A DNA stretch of 64,000 bases from Candidatus Ratteibacteria bacterium (GTDB lineage: Bacteria > Ratteibacteria > UBA8468 > MWAK01). The stretch lies in assembly GCA_041653615.1 (NCBI GenBank), contig JBAZEZ010000003.1, positions 1,213-65,212 of the forward strand, given 5' to 3'. A program made the position numbers and the translations under genes. Under the pieces are notes generated by a model that was not told the DNA's origin, did no database searches, and saw only the letters and a list, made by a program, of their open reading frames with translations. Positions 19,131 through 29,177 of the stretch are shown here, in pieces (position 1 is the stretch's first letter; the number at the start of each line of letters is the position of its first letter).

Positions 19131-20585
19131 ATGGCGGAAAAAGAACTGCTTCAAGAGCGGGAACGAAAACTGGGCGCGATTATTCAGCGCGGTACCTATC
19201 CTTACGGCGGTCGTTTTGTCCGAAGCGTCCCGGCTCGGGAAGTAACGGATGGTTCAGGCGATGTCCGGCTCGCCGGTAGAATTGTTACCATGCGTAATCA
19301 CGGAAAGGCCGCTTTCGCGGACTTGGAGGACCTTTCCGGTCGTATTCAGGTCTATTTTCAGCAAGATATTCTCGGTGTTGCTTTTGACCTCTATCAGTTA
19401 TTGGATATCGGAGATATCGTCGGTGTGTCCGGAGAGCCTTTTCGCACTAGAACCGGCCAATTAACCGTTAAGGCTAAGGAGTTAACGCTTCTTTCCAAAT
19501 CAAACCGGCCCCTTCCGGAAAAATGGCATGGGCTGAAGGATGTCGAAACCAGATTTCGTCAACGATATCTTGATTTGATTGCCAACCCGGAAGTGCGGGA
19601 AGTTTTTATCGCCCGCAGTCTTATCGTCAGTCGCATACGGCAACGCCTGAATGAGAGATGTTTTTTGGAGGTGGAAACGCCGATGATGCATCCGATCGCG
19701 GGTGGAGCAGAGGCCCGACCATTTGTCACCCATCATAACACTTTGGGTACGGATCTTTATTTGCGCATCGCTCCGGAATTATACCTGAAGCGGCTTTTGG
19801 TCGGCGGTCTGGAAAAAGTTTACGAAATAAACCGCTCTTTTCGTAACGAAGGAATTTCACCGCTCCATAATCCTGAGTTTACGATGCTGGAACTTTACGC
19901 GGCCTATACTGATTACAAAGGGATGGCCGAAATTGCCGAAGGGCTGATTTTGTCTTTACTGGAGGCCAATATTCCGGGTGTGAACGGTTCCGGAAATAAG
20001 TTAAATTATCAGGGGGTGGAAATTGACCTGTCTCCTCCCTGGTGTCAGGCGACTTTATTCGATTTGATGAGAGAGCATGCCGGTATCAACGATTTGCGTA
20101 ACCGGGGAGAATTGCTTGCCTGCCTTCAGAAAGAGAGGACCCCGCTCACCGGAACCGAAACAGCCTTTGACCTATTGGACACTCTTTTTAAAATAAGGGT
20201 TCAGCCGAAATTGGTATCGCCAGTTTTCGTGATGGATTACCCCCGGGAGATTTCACCTTTGGCCAAGAGTAAACCGGGGGAGGCGGAGACGGTTGAACGA
20301 TTCGAACTTTTTATCGCTGGGATGGAGGTTGGTAATGCCTACTCGGAATTGAACGATCCGGAAGAGCAGCGCCGTCGTTTTTTGGAAGAGGTTAAGAATA
20401 ATCGTCCGGACCGGCCCAAGGTGGTGGATGAGGATTATATTCTCGCTCTATCCTACGGAATGCCGCCGGCCGGTGGTCTGGGCATAGGTATCGACCGTCT
20501 GGTGATGCTGTTGACGAACCAGCCTTCCATCCGCGAAGTAATCCTTTTCCCGCTTCTGCGTTCCCAGGCGGTAATTTCTAAGTGA
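19131..20585 (+). CDS. lysS: lysine--tRNA ligase (class II)
   Basis: 484 aa; OB anticodon-binding domain plus class II motifs (FRNEGIS..HNPEFTMLELY; GGLGIGIDRLVM). Confidence 0.93.
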   Translation: MAEKELLQERERKLGAIIQRGTYPYGGRFVRSVPAREVTDGSGDVRLAGRIVTMRNHGKAAFADLEDLSGRIQVYFQQDILGVAFDLYQLLDIGDIVGVSGEPFRTRTGQLTVKAKELTLLSKSNRPLPEKWHGLKDVETRFRQRYLDLIANPEVREVFIARSLIVSRIRQRLNERCFLEVETPMMHPIAGGAEARPFVTHHNTLGTDLYLRIAPELYLKRLLVGGLEKVYEINRSFRNEGISPLHNPEFTMLELYAAYTDYKGMAEIAEGLILSLLEANIPGVNGSGNKLNYQGVEIDLSPPWCQATLFDLMREHAGINDLRNRGELLACLQKERTPLTGTETAFDLLDTLFKIRVQPKLVSPVFVMDYPREISPLAKSKPGEAETVERFELFIAGMEVGNAYSELNDPEEQRRRFLEEVKNNRPDRPKVVDEDYILALSYGMPPAGGLGIGIDRLVMLLTNQPSIREVILFPLLRSQAVISK

Positions 20586-20815
20586 TGGAAAAAAAACGAA
20601 GGGTACTTTGGCTGGAAAACGCTCTGATTATTATGGCGATTGCCGCTTTGTGGCCGGGTATTTTGCATTGGCCCGACCGGATAACCAGGCCGTTTCTTTA
20701 CCTGGCGTTGGTTACGATGGTGGTGATTGCCCGACGCCGGTGGCGTCGGCTGATGAACCTGAAAACGGCCGAAAGAGACGAAGTTAGGCACAAAGGCACA
20801 AAGGTAGAAAGTTGA
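20582..20815 (+). CDS. small two-TM membrane protein, hypothetical
   Basis: 77 aa; overlaps lysS stop (translational coupling); hydrophobic helices. Confidence 0.4.
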   Translation: MMEKKRRVLWLENALIIMAIAALWPGILHWPDRITRPFLYLALVTMVVIARRRWRRLMNLKTAERDEVRHKGTKVES

Positions 20816-21361
20816 ATGAGGCGGAAGATTGGTTCTTGGGCGAGAATCGTTTTTGTCTGCGGTTTTTTGATTTGGGTTGGTCTTTTTACCAATTTAATTC
20901 TTCGGCCGGGCGAGAATCGTCAGGCCAAAGAACAGGAAAAAAAAGGAGACGTTTTTTTCAATAACGGCAAACCAGAAACAGCTCTTGTTTATTGGCGCCG
21001 CGCCATAGCGTTGGCTCCAAAACAGCGGTCTCCTTACGAAAAGATTTCGGCTTATTATCTGTTGCAAGGTCAATGGTTAGAGGCGAGAAAAATTTTGGAA
21101 AGTGGTTTGACACAATTGCCTTCGTGTGCTAATCTTTACTTTAATTTAGGTTTGAGTTATTATTTTAGCGAAGATTATATTCGCGCAAGGGATAATTTTG
21201 GGCGCGTGACACAGCTTGATTTTTATTATCCCGACGCCCATTATTTTTTAGGGTTAATCTACCAAAAGGAAGGCAAGCCGGTAGAAGCGAATAAAGAATT
21301 TGTTCGAGAAGTGAACTTGGATCCGACCAGTCGTCGAGCTTGGAGTGAAATCCGAAAATAA
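20816..21361 (+). CDS. membrane-anchored TPR-repeat protein
   Basis: 181 aa; N-terminal TM then TPR-like helices (ALVYWRRAIALAP..., YFNLGLSYY, YFLGLIYQKEGK). Confidence 0.55.
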   Translation: MRRKIGSWARIVFVCGFLIWVGLFTNLILRPGENRQAKEQEKKGDVFFNNGKPETALVYWRRAIALAPKQRSPYEKISAYYLLQGQWLEARKILESGLTQLPSCANLYFNLGLSYYFSEDYIRARDNFGRVTQLDFYYPDAHYFLGLIYQKEGKPVEANKEFVREVNLDPTSRRAWSEIRK

Positions 21362-21374
21362 AATAAATTTAATC

Positions 21375-21485
21375 GGACGCAGATAAATACAGAAACTATC
21401 TGATAATACTTATAAAATAATCTTTAAAGTATTTGTAATTTTCTAAAAATTAATCTTTTAATCTATATCCGCGGTAATCTGCGTC
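21375..21485. mobile_element. MITE-like element with GGACGCAGAT / ATCTGCGTCC inverted termini (copy 2)
   Basis: 111-bp AT-rich unit immediately upstream of the 21500 CDS; same TIRs as 17711 and 30779. Confidence 0.55.
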
Positions 21486-21499
21486 CGTAATAATCTTTT

Positions 21500-24400
21500 A
21501 TGAATATTTTCAAAAAAGTCCGAACCATTTTTATTCTTTTCAGTTTTCTGTTTTTTTTCTCGGTTACCGCGCAATCCACGGTTACGGAAGACGTCGCCTA
21601 TTTTTCTTCCCTGACGTCCCGGGTGCCCGGTTATCCGGGCAATAAAGCGGCGGCCGATTATATTTCGGCTCGGTTCCGGTCGCTTGGTCTTCAGGAAATA
21701 AAAAGGGAGGCCTATTCCGTAACTGTTCCGGTGGAAGAGTTTTCCACCCTGGAGTATCAGGGGAGGAAGATAAAAATTTCGGCTCTCTGGCCTAATCATG
21801 TGCGTACTTCCACTCTGCCGCCGGATGGAATTACCGGAAACCTGGTTTACGGCGGGGATGGTTCCCTGGTCAATTATTCGGGGAATGATCTGAAAGGCGC
21901 GGTTGTCCTGTTGGATTTTAACTGTGGATTTCGTTGGATGGACGCCGGTTTGCTGGGTGCCCAGGCGGTTATTTTTATTGCGCCGGAGGACACGACTTTT
22001 TTTGAAGCCCGTCGGAAATTTTTGAGTATACCGTTGGATTTACCCCGCTTTTATGTTACGCGCGAAGATGCGGATTTTTTGCTTTCCAAATTGAGGCGGG
22101 CTCAAAATACCAAGGCCGTTAACTCAGTACCGGTGAAACTTTCATGCCGGCAGAGCTGGCAGAAGGCGCCGACGGAAAATATTCTGGGTTATATAACCGG
22201 CACCGACCCTAAATTACGAAATGATATTATCTGCCTTTCAGCCTATTACGATTCGAATTCAGTAGTTCCTTCCCTGGCGCCCGGTGCGGATCAGGCCAGC
22301 AGCATCGCCGGACTACTTGATCTTGCCGCTTACTTCAGCCAGAATCCTCCCCGGCGGACCATTCTTTTTCTGGCTAACGGCAGTCATTTTCAGACCCTGC
22401 GGGGTATGGGTGATTTTGTTAAGCGGCACTACCGCAAAGAAAAAACTTTTTTAACCAAAGAGATGGAACCGATTAATCTGAAGCTATTAATCGGGCTTGA
22501 ACTTTCCAGTCATTCCGACCTTTTGGCGACCTACCATAACAGCAGTGAATTATATGCCCAGCGATATTTTGCTCCGTTCGCCAAAAAATTCCTGGAATAT
22601 GTCCCGGCTGCTTTTTCGGGCAAACTGCTTAACGGCGTCAGTCCGGAAAGAGGAGTGGCTTTTTCCGCTTTTCTTCCGGAAGGTATTAGCACCGACGGTT
22701 CCCTTTCTATCCGTTTCGGGTTGCCTTCCCTTTCTTTTGTAACCGTTTATGACAACCGGCGATATTTTGACACTCCGGTGGATATTGCTGCCCGCGTTGA
22801 CATCGGAAAATTAACAACCCAGGTTGAACTATTGCGCCAGATGCTGTACCGGGCATTTAATGATTCGGAATTTTTTCCGGAGGCGGAGCTTGCGTTCAAT
22901 GATTCCGTGCGCACCTTAAGGGGCCGCATCGTTTCTTTTGACCCGAAGACCAGTTTTGTTCCCAATCAGCCGGTGGCGAACGCGATTGTTTGCCCCAGAT
23001 ATCTTTATGTTTCTTATCAAAACCGTAAGAGTGCCTACGGAGTCCGGGGTGAATATTTGGAGTTGACTGATGCAAAGGGACGTTTTACCATTAACCAGAT
23101 TTTTGCCAATTGGGGTATTCTTGAGGCTTTTTATCTAGACCCGGAAAACGGTCGGATTACGATGGCTCCGGACCGGGGCGTTAACGGCGCGGAAAATTAT
23201 CCGATGAATTTTACTTTTGACGCGCCGGTCAAGGACTGGTCGATTGTCCTTTTTAACTGCGTCAGTACCAATCTCTACGATTTTATCGACCCCAGATATT
23301 TAATCGGATTGGATAAGATGGATGTTTTTAATTCCGCCAATTCTATTCCGTCCGCTTACGGTTTTTCATATCTGGAACTCCGTTCTTGGGAGTGGTCTTC
23401 CGAGGTGGAGCCGGCGGCGGTTATTTATTCCGAGCCGGGCATGGAGATTAAAGTTGCCGGAGAAACCGGTCCCCTGGGGAAAAGGATACTGCTCTTGAAT
23501 TCTCCCGACAGCAAGACCAAGGCTGATTCGGAAGGCTTGGGTTATCCGTTGACTGACGATTCGTCTCTGCTTACGCTTACTCCCTACCGGGCCTGCCGGG
23601 ATATGATTAACCTCAACGATTACCGGATCAATAATTTCAAGCAGTTCGGTATTTCCAACGAAAGGCTGCTCACCCTTCACGAAGAGGCAAAAAAATGGTT
23701 TTCCGTCGCATCCGAAAACCTGGCTCAGTTTAACTGGTATTCTTTTTTGACCAACAGCCGGCGAGCGGTTGGTCTGGAATCACGGGCTTATCCGGACGTG
23801 CAGGCTACAACCAATGATGTAATTAAAGGTCTTATTTTCTATTTTATTATTCTCCTGCCCTTCGCTTTTTTCAGCGAGAGGCTCTTTTTTGGTTTTACCG
23901 ATATCCGGAAACAAATTGCCGGAATTTTTACCATATTTTTAGCCGTTTATTTAGCTTTGCGCTTTGTTCACCCCGGTTTTCGTTTGAGCAACAGTCCGGA
24001 GGTTATTTTACTGGCTTTTATCATTCTCGTTCTTTCCGTTTTGGTCATTTTTTTAATTGCCGGTAAGTTTGAAGAACAGATGCAGCGTCTGAAACGAGAG
24101 CGGGCCAAGGTTTACGAAACCGACGTGGGACGCATTGCCGCCACCGGAGTTGCTTTTAACCTTGGAATTGCCAATATGAAACGGCGGAAACTCCGTACCA
24201 CGCTTACGGCGATTACCCTGATACTGTTAACTTTTACGGTCATCTCTTTTACTTCCATCAAGAGTTACCTTAGTTTTAATCAGGTGGCCAGAGGGTATTC
24301 GCCCGCCTATGAAGGGTTGATGATCCGGGACCGTGCTTGGTCTCCTTTGGAAGAACTCGGCTATGAGTATGTCAAAAATGAGTTTTCCGAAAAGGCGGTT

Positions 24401-25891
24401 GTGGCTTCCCGTTCCTGGTTGTTGAATCCGACTATTGAAGATAAGACTTTTACTCGCGTGGCCTACGGAAAACAGGAGACTTTTGTTTCAGGGTTGTTGG
24501 GTTTGACAGTCCAGGAACCGTTGGTTACCGGTTTCGACCGGTTACTAGTGGCCGGAAAATGGTTTGGAACTGATACGGAAAAATCGGTTATTATTTCGGA
24601 AAATATGGCCAAGAACCTTAACTTCCCTGTTTCGGAACTTGGTCAAGGCCAGGTAAATATTTTCGGAGAGGACCTGAAGGTCGTGGGGATTGTTTCGGAT
24701 GCGAAACTTAACGATTACAGTGATTTGGACGGTGAGCGGTTGACGCCGGTTGATTTTGCGATGATGCCTAGCCAGGAGATGAGCAAATTCAAGATGGAAC
24801 ACGCCGCCAACGTGATGTCCGGAGGCGGAAACACCAAAACCTTTACTCATCAGGAAGCGGCCAACGTGGTCATCGTGCCGTTCCAGTTCCTGCGCCAGCG
24901 CGGAGGTACCGTCCAGTCAATGGCGGTTAAATTCAATCCCGGTTATGAAACTCGGAAAGAGATTGAGGATTTCGTTTCCCGGCTGGCAGTGACGATTTTT
25001 GCCGGGATTAACGGTAAGACTTCGGTTTATTCGTCTCTTGGATTAACTTCTTTTTCCGGAATAGGGAATCTCTTTATTCCCATCCTGATTGCCAGCTTGA
25101 TTGTTCTCAATACCATGATGGGCGCGGTTTATGAACGTATCCGGGAAATCGGTATTTACAGCAGTGTCGGTTTGGCGCCCAGTCACATCGCCGCTCTTTT
25201 CTTCGCGGAAGCCTGCGTCTATTCGGTTCTGGGCGCGGTGGCCGGTTACCTGTTAGGCCAGGTGGTTTCCAAGGCCCTCCTGACGGCTGGTCTGCTGAAA
25301 GGTCTGACGCTGAACTATTCCTCTCTTTCCGCGGTTAGTTCTACCATCATTGTTATGGCCGTGGTTTTTATTTCCACTATTTTCCCGGCCCGTAAGGCTT
25401 CGCAGATGTCTGTTCCGGATGTTACGCGGCGGTGGGTTTTGCCTAAGCCGGACGGAGACGCCTGGGTTTTTGGTTTTCCATTTACGGTCGGAGAAGGCGA
25501 AGTCCTGGGTTTAATGACTTTTTTGCGTGATTATTTTTCTTCCTATTCGATTGAGGCGGTTGGTTATTTTTATACCGCTGATAACAAATTATTTGAAGAG
25601 ACCGGTCCAAAGGGTAAGTCCTATGTGACTTCTTGCCGGGTGTATTTGGCGCCGTTCGATTTGGGCGTGAGCCAGCAGTTTAAACTTTCCGCGTTTCCGG
25701 CCGGGGAGTTTGGATTTTACGGAATAGAAGTCCGAATGGAACGGGAAAGCGGGGAGGGAAGTGACTGGCAACGGTTGAATCGGAGATTCCTCGACAGCAT
25801 CAGGAAGCAATTTTTAGTCTGGCGGACGATAAGTAAGGAGATTAAAGAAGATTACCGGCAAGAAGGTGAAAAGGAATTGAAGAATGGATAA
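21500..25891 (+). CDS. large fusion protein: secreted M28-peptidase-like/PA domain (catalytic residues apparently substituted), then a MacB/FtsX-type permease module and a C-terminal cytoplasmic domain
   Basis: 1463 aa; signal/TM; M28-like block with GADQASS in place of GADDNASG and YYDS in place of AHLDS; FtsX signature (MKRRKLRTTLTAITLILL plus three C-terminal TM helices IYSSVGLAPSHIAALFFAEA...). Confidence 0.65.
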   Translation: MNIFKKVRTIFILFSFLFFFSVTAQSTVTEDVAYFSSLTSRVPGYPGNKAAADYISARFRSLGLQEIKREAYSVTVPVEEFSTLEYQGRKIKISALWPNHVRTSTLPPDGITGNLVYGGDGSLVNYSGNDLKGAVVLLDFNCGFRWMDAGLLGAQAVIFIAPEDTTFFEARRKFLSIPLDLPRFYVTREDADFLLSKLRRAQNTKAVNSVPVKLSCRQSWQKAPTENILGYITGTDPKLRNDIICLSAYYDSNSVVPSLAPGADQASSIAGLLDLAAYFSQNPPRRTILFLANGSHFQTLRGMGDFVKRHYRKEKTFLTKEMEPINLKLLIGLELSSHSDLLATYHNSSELYAQRYFAPFAKKFLEYVPAAFSGKLLNGVSPERGVAFSAFLPEGISTDGSLSIRFGLPSLSFVTVYDNRRYFDTPVDIAARVDIGKLTTQVELLRQMLYRAFNDSEFFPEAELAFNDSVRTLRGRIVSFDPKTSFVPNQPVANAIVCPRYLYVSYQNRKSAYGVRGEYLELTDAKGRFTINQIFANWGILEAFYLDPENGRITMAPDRGVNGAENYPMNFTFDAPVKDWSIVLFNCVSTNLYDFIDPRYLIGLDKMDVFNSANSIPSAYGFSYLELRSWEWSSEVEPAAVIYSEPGMEIKVAGETGPLGKRILLLNSPDSKTKADSEGLGYPLTDDSSLLTLTPYRACRDMINLNDYRINNFKQFGISNERLLTLHEEAKKWFSVASENLAQFNWYSFLTNSRRAVGLESRAYPDVQATTNDVIKGLIFYFIILLPFAFFSERLFFGFTDIRKQIAGIFTIFLAVYLALRFVHPGFRLSNSPEVILLAFIILVLSVLVIFLIAGKFEEQMQRLKRERAKVYETDVGRIAATGVAFNLGIANMKRRKLRTTLTAITLILLTFTVISFTSIKSYLSFNQVARGYSPAYEGLMIRDRAWSPLEELGYEYVKNEFSEKAVVASRSWLLNPTIEDKTFTRVAYGKQETFVSGLLGLTVQEPLVTGFDRLLVAGKWFGTDTEKSVIISENMAKNLNFPVSELGQGQVNIFGEDLKVVGIVSDAKLNDYSDLDGERLTPVDFAMMPSQEMSKFKMEHAANVMSGGGNTKTFTHQEAANVVIVPFQFLRQRGGTVQSMAVKFNPGYETRKEIEDFVSRLAVTIFAGINGKTSVYSSLGLTSFSGIGNLFIPILIASLIVLNTMMGAVYERIREIGIYSSVGLAPSHIAALFFAEACVYSVLGAVAGYLLGQVVSKALLTAGLLKGLTLNYSSLSAVSSTIIVMAVVFISTIFPARKASQMSVPDVTRRWVLPKPDGDAWVFGFPFTVGEGEVLGLMTFLRDYFSSYSIEAVGYFYTADNKLFEETGPKGKSYVTSCRVYLAPFDLGVSQQFKLSAFPAGEFGFYGIEVRMERESGEGSDWQRLNRRFLDSIRKQFLVWRTISKEIKEDYRQEGEKELKNG

Positions 25892-27842
25892 AAAAGAAAA
25901 CATATTCCCGCAGCCGGATGGTTTCGAAAGCGGTTTTAATATCAAAACTTTGTTCGCGGCTCTTTTTGTCGGTTTTATTATGCTGCCGGCCGGTATTTAT
26001 ATGGGTTTGATTGCCGGAACCAGCTTGGGTGCCGCCGCCCAGTGGGTAACGCTCATCCTTTTTGTCGAAATAGCCAAAAGGTCTTTTGTTCAGTTGCGGC
26101 GTCAGGAGATTTACCTCATTTTTATCGTGGCAAATTCCCTGATGATGGTGGGCGCGGCCGGTATTACGAACGGCGGCGCGTTCAGTTCGTTAATCTGGGA
26201 ACAGTATTTTGTTCAGTCGCCTTACGCTAAAGCTTTCGGACTTTCCAGTCAGATTCCGCTCTGGGCTGTTCCGCCGGCCGGCAGCGCCGCGCTCATCCAG
26301 CGCACCTTTTTGAGTAAAGTCTGGCTTGTTCCGATACTCATCCTTTTAGCAACCCAGATATTGAGCCGGGTCAATGCTTTTACGCTCGGATATTATTTTT
26401 TCCGGGTTACCAGTGATTTTGAGCGGCTGGAATTTCCGATGGCTCCGGTGGCGGCGGAAGGGGTTTGGGCGCTGACCGATCTTTCCGCTAAAAAAGATAC
26501 CAATCGCTGGCGCACCTTTGTTACCGGAGGCATGATCGGCATTATTTACGGTGTTTTTTATGTTTTCATTCCCACTTTTACCGGGTTGGTAATGGCTAAG
26601 CCGTTTACGCTTATCCCGATTCCTTTTGTCGATTTCACCAGCCAGGTAAGCTCCATTTTTCCGGCTTCGGTTCTGGGTTTTATGACCGACCTGGGCAACG
26701 TTTTTGCCGGTTTTGTCCTGCCTTTCTGGGTAGTGCTGGGTACCTTTGTCGGTTCCGTCGGGGCGCAGACTATTGCCAACCCGATTTTGTACAAGCATAC
26801 GGATTTTTTGAAAACCTGGCAGCCGGGAATGGGCGCTATCCCGGCCTATACGTCCACTACGATTGATTTTTGGATAAGCGTCGGAATCGGTCTGGGTATT
26901 ACGGTTTTAATTTTGAGTATCATCTCGGTTATTTCCAAAATTAGACAGAGAGAAAAGAAAACTCAAGCCGCAACTAAAATACCGGCGAACCGGGGTGATT
27001 CTCCCCTGGTGGTTATGCTGGGAATTTGGGCTCTTTCCACCCTCGTCTACGTGGTTCTTTGCCACGTGCTGGTACCTAAGTTTCCGTTACCTTTGATATT
27101 GTTTTTCGGTTTTATCCTAACCCCGGTGCTCACGTATATTTCCGCCCGGATGTTCGGCATAACCGGGGTTGCCAGCGGAATTTCTTTCCCCTACCTGACG
27201 GAAGGAACCTATATCCTTTCCGGCTACAAAGGCGCGGATATCTGGTATATGCCCTTGCCTTATTTCAATCACGGAGGAATGGCTCAAGGTTTCAAGCAGA
27301 TGGAGTTGCTTAAGGTGCGTTTTACGGATTGGTATAAGACCGAATTTATGGCTTTAGGGATAATGCTTTTTTGTAGTTTTCTTTTCTGGTCGGTCATCTG
27401 GAAGATGGGGCCGATTCCTTCGTCAACCTATCCTTTCGTTCAGCGGATGTGGCCGATGATGGCTATTCCGCGGGCGCTCTGGGTTTCCTCTACCGTTCAT
27501 GGGGGCGCCACCTGGCTGCTGGATTCGATTAAGGGTTCAATAATCGGCTGGAGCGCGGTCGGAGGTTTGGCTACGGCGGGAATCTTAGCCCTCTGTAAAG
27601 TACCAATTTCATTTTTTTACGGGATAGTAGGCGGAATTCCAATGTTACCGCATTACACTATTCCGATGTTTTTCGGAGCTCTATTAGGCAAATTTTTCTT
27701 TGCCCGGCGCATCGGTGTTAAAGAATGGCAGAAGATGACGCCGCTGCTTCTGGCCGGTTACGGTTGCGGTATGGGATTGGCCGGGGCGGCTTCAGTTGCC
27801 GTTGCCCTGATCGCCAAAACGGTGTTTCAATTGGTTTATTAA
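25884..27842 (+). CDS. polytopic integral membrane protein (about 14-16 TM), hypothetical; translationally coupled to the upstream fusion protein
   Basis: 652 aa, overlaps upstream stop by 8 nt; Gly/Trp/Pro-rich TM helices; family not recognised. Confidence 0.55.
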   Translation: MDKKENIFPQPDGFESGFNIKTLFAALFVGFIMLPAGIYMGLIAGTSLGAAAQWVTLILFVEIAKRSFVQLRRQEIYLIFIVANSLMMVGAAGITNGGAFSSLIWEQYFVQSPYAKAFGLSSQIPLWAVPPAGSAALIQRTFLSKVWLVPILILLATQILSRVNAFTLGYYFFRVTSDFERLEFPMAPVAAEGVWALTDLSAKKDTNRWRTFVTGGMIGIIYGVFYVFIPTFTGLVMAKPFTLIPIPFVDFTSQVSSIFPASVLGFMTDLGNVFAGFVLPFWVVLGTFVGSVGAQTIANPILYKHTDFLKTWQPGMGAIPAYTSTTIDFWISVGIGLGITVLILSIISVISKIRQREKKTQAATKIPANRGDSPLVVMLGIWALSTLVYVVLCHVLVPKFPLPLILFFGFILTPVLTYISARMFGITGVASGISFPYLTEGTYILSGYKGADIWYMPLPYFNHGGMAQGFKQMELLKVRFTDWYKTEFMALGIMLFCSFLFWSVIWKMGPIPSSTYPFVQRMWPMMAIPRALWVSSTVHGGATWLLDSIKGSIIGWSAVGGLATAGILALCKVPISFFYGIVGGIPMLPHYTIPMFFGALLGKFFFARRIGVKEWQKMTPLLLAGYGCGMGLAGAASVAVALIAKTVFQLVY

Positions 27843-27879
27843 CATAACGGCATTAACATCATTATGTTATCCCGCGTCA

Positions 27880-27960
27880 CAATGCTGTCATTCCCGCATG
27901 TATTAGGCGGGAATCCACACCCCTGAAGACTGGATTCCCACTTACTATCCGTGGGAATGA
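27880..27960. repeat. paired palindromes ATTCCCGCATGTATTAGGCGGGAAT and GGATTCCCAC...GTGGGAATG upstream of birA
   Basis: 28-bp core ATTCCCGCATGT..TA.GCGGGAATCCA also present at 63045-63072. Confidence 0.5.
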
Positions 27961-28523
27961 CACCGAATATAGTGCGGTTTAAAAAAAGAGGAAACATCTA
28001 CGTCTTTTCCGAACTTTCATCCACGCAGGATAAGGCCTGGGAACTTGTTTCCGATGGCGTTTCTTCCGGTTCCCTGATTATTGCCGGCGTTCAGACTGCC
28101 GGTAGAGGACGGCAAGGCAAAATTTGGTATTCCCCCAGGGGTAGTTTGTGTTTTTCCCTCGTTTTATTCCCGGTTTCCTCCGGGCAGTCCGGCGGGATTA
28201 CGATTTCTGCCGCAAGGGCGCTTCAACTTGCTTTAAAATCCGCGCTGAATTTAGAAACCCGGCTTAAACTTCCCAACGACCTCTATTTTCAAGAAAAAAA
28301 ATTGGCCGGAATTATTTTGGAGGTGAAACAGAAAAAAGCGGTTTTAGGCGTCGGACTTAATGTTAATTGTCCGGCCAATTCCTGGCCCGTCGGAGTTCAG
28401 GCAGTTAGTTTAAAAGAGATTCTAAACAGGCGGGTCAGTCGTTGCGCCATTCTCTTCGCTTTTCTGAACAATTTTCAAAAAGAAACTTTGACATTTACTC
28501 TCTTTGAAGATAAAATATTGTAG
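27951..28523 (+). CDS. birA: biotin--[acetyl-CoA-carboxylase] ligase catalytic domain (BirA-like, no N-terminal HTH evident)
   Basis: 190 aa; GRGRQGKIW and KLPNDLY...KKLAGIILE BPL motifs. Confidence 0.8.
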   Translation: MGMTPNIVRFKKRGNIYVFSELSSTQDKAWELVSDGVSSGSLIIAGVQTAGRGRQGKIWYSPRGSLCFSLVLFPVSSGQSGGITISAARALQLALKSALNLETRLKLPNDLYFQEKKLAGIILEVKQKKAVLGVGLNVNCPANSWPVGVQAVSLKEILNRRVSRCAILFAFLNNFQKETLTFTLFEDKIL

Positions 28524-28573
28524 TGGTGTGATTTGTCGTACAAATCGTCAATACCAAAAGGGGGTGAAATAGC

Positions 28574-29176
28574 ATGAGAAAAAATGGATTTACCCCGTTT
28601 AGAGGTTTATCGCTAATGGGGTTTACGCTGATTGAACTTTTAGTTGTTATTGCCATCATTGCCATTTTGGCGGCTATGATTTTACCGGCGCTCTCGCGAA
28701 CGCGGGAAAGCGCCCGGCGCACCACCTGTCTCAATAATTTAAAACAGTTAGGATTGGCTGTAAATATGTATATTCAGGACAACAGCGAATGTTTACCGGG
28801 TATGCAAGAATGGGTTACTACGCTTGGCTCTTATGTTTCGGATAATGACCAGGTTTTTTCTTGCCCCAGCGATCCGGATAAAACCAGTTCCACCTCTTAC
28901 GCCATAAACAGTTATGCGTCCGGTGAGAAGATTTCCGCGATTAGCCATTCCTCAACTTTTCCGGTCTTTTTTGACCGCAACACAACCGGCGCAAGTTCAT
29001 CCTATTTTACCGGATGTCCGCCAACCGCGCCGAGTGGCCCCAGCGATCCATTTTATTATGTTTTTTGTTCCAACCGGCATACCAATGGCGCGAATTTTTT
29101 GTTTCTGGACAGTCACGCAACCTGGCTTTCGAATCCGGAAAGCGTAAGTTCCGATATTCTAAAGTTTGAGCCTTAA
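28574..29176 (+). CDS. prepilin-type N-terminal cleavage/methylation domain protein of the DUF1559 (H-X9-DG-like) family
   Basis: 200 aa; [25 protein letters not shown] leader; C-terminal [13 protein letters not shown]; family abundant in Planctomycetota, Verrucomicrobiota, Lentisphaerota and Omnitrophota. Confidence 0.8.
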   Translation: MRKNGFTPFRGLSLMGFTLIELLVVIAIIAILAAMILPALSRTRESARRTTCLNNLKQLGLAVNMYIQDNSECLPGMQEWVTTLGSYVSDNDQVFSCPSDPDKTSSTSYAINSYASGEKISAISHSSTFPVFFDRNTTGASSSYFTGCPPTAPSGPSDPFYYVFCSNRHTNGANFLFLDSHATWLSNPESVSSDILKFEP

Positions 29177-29177
29177 A

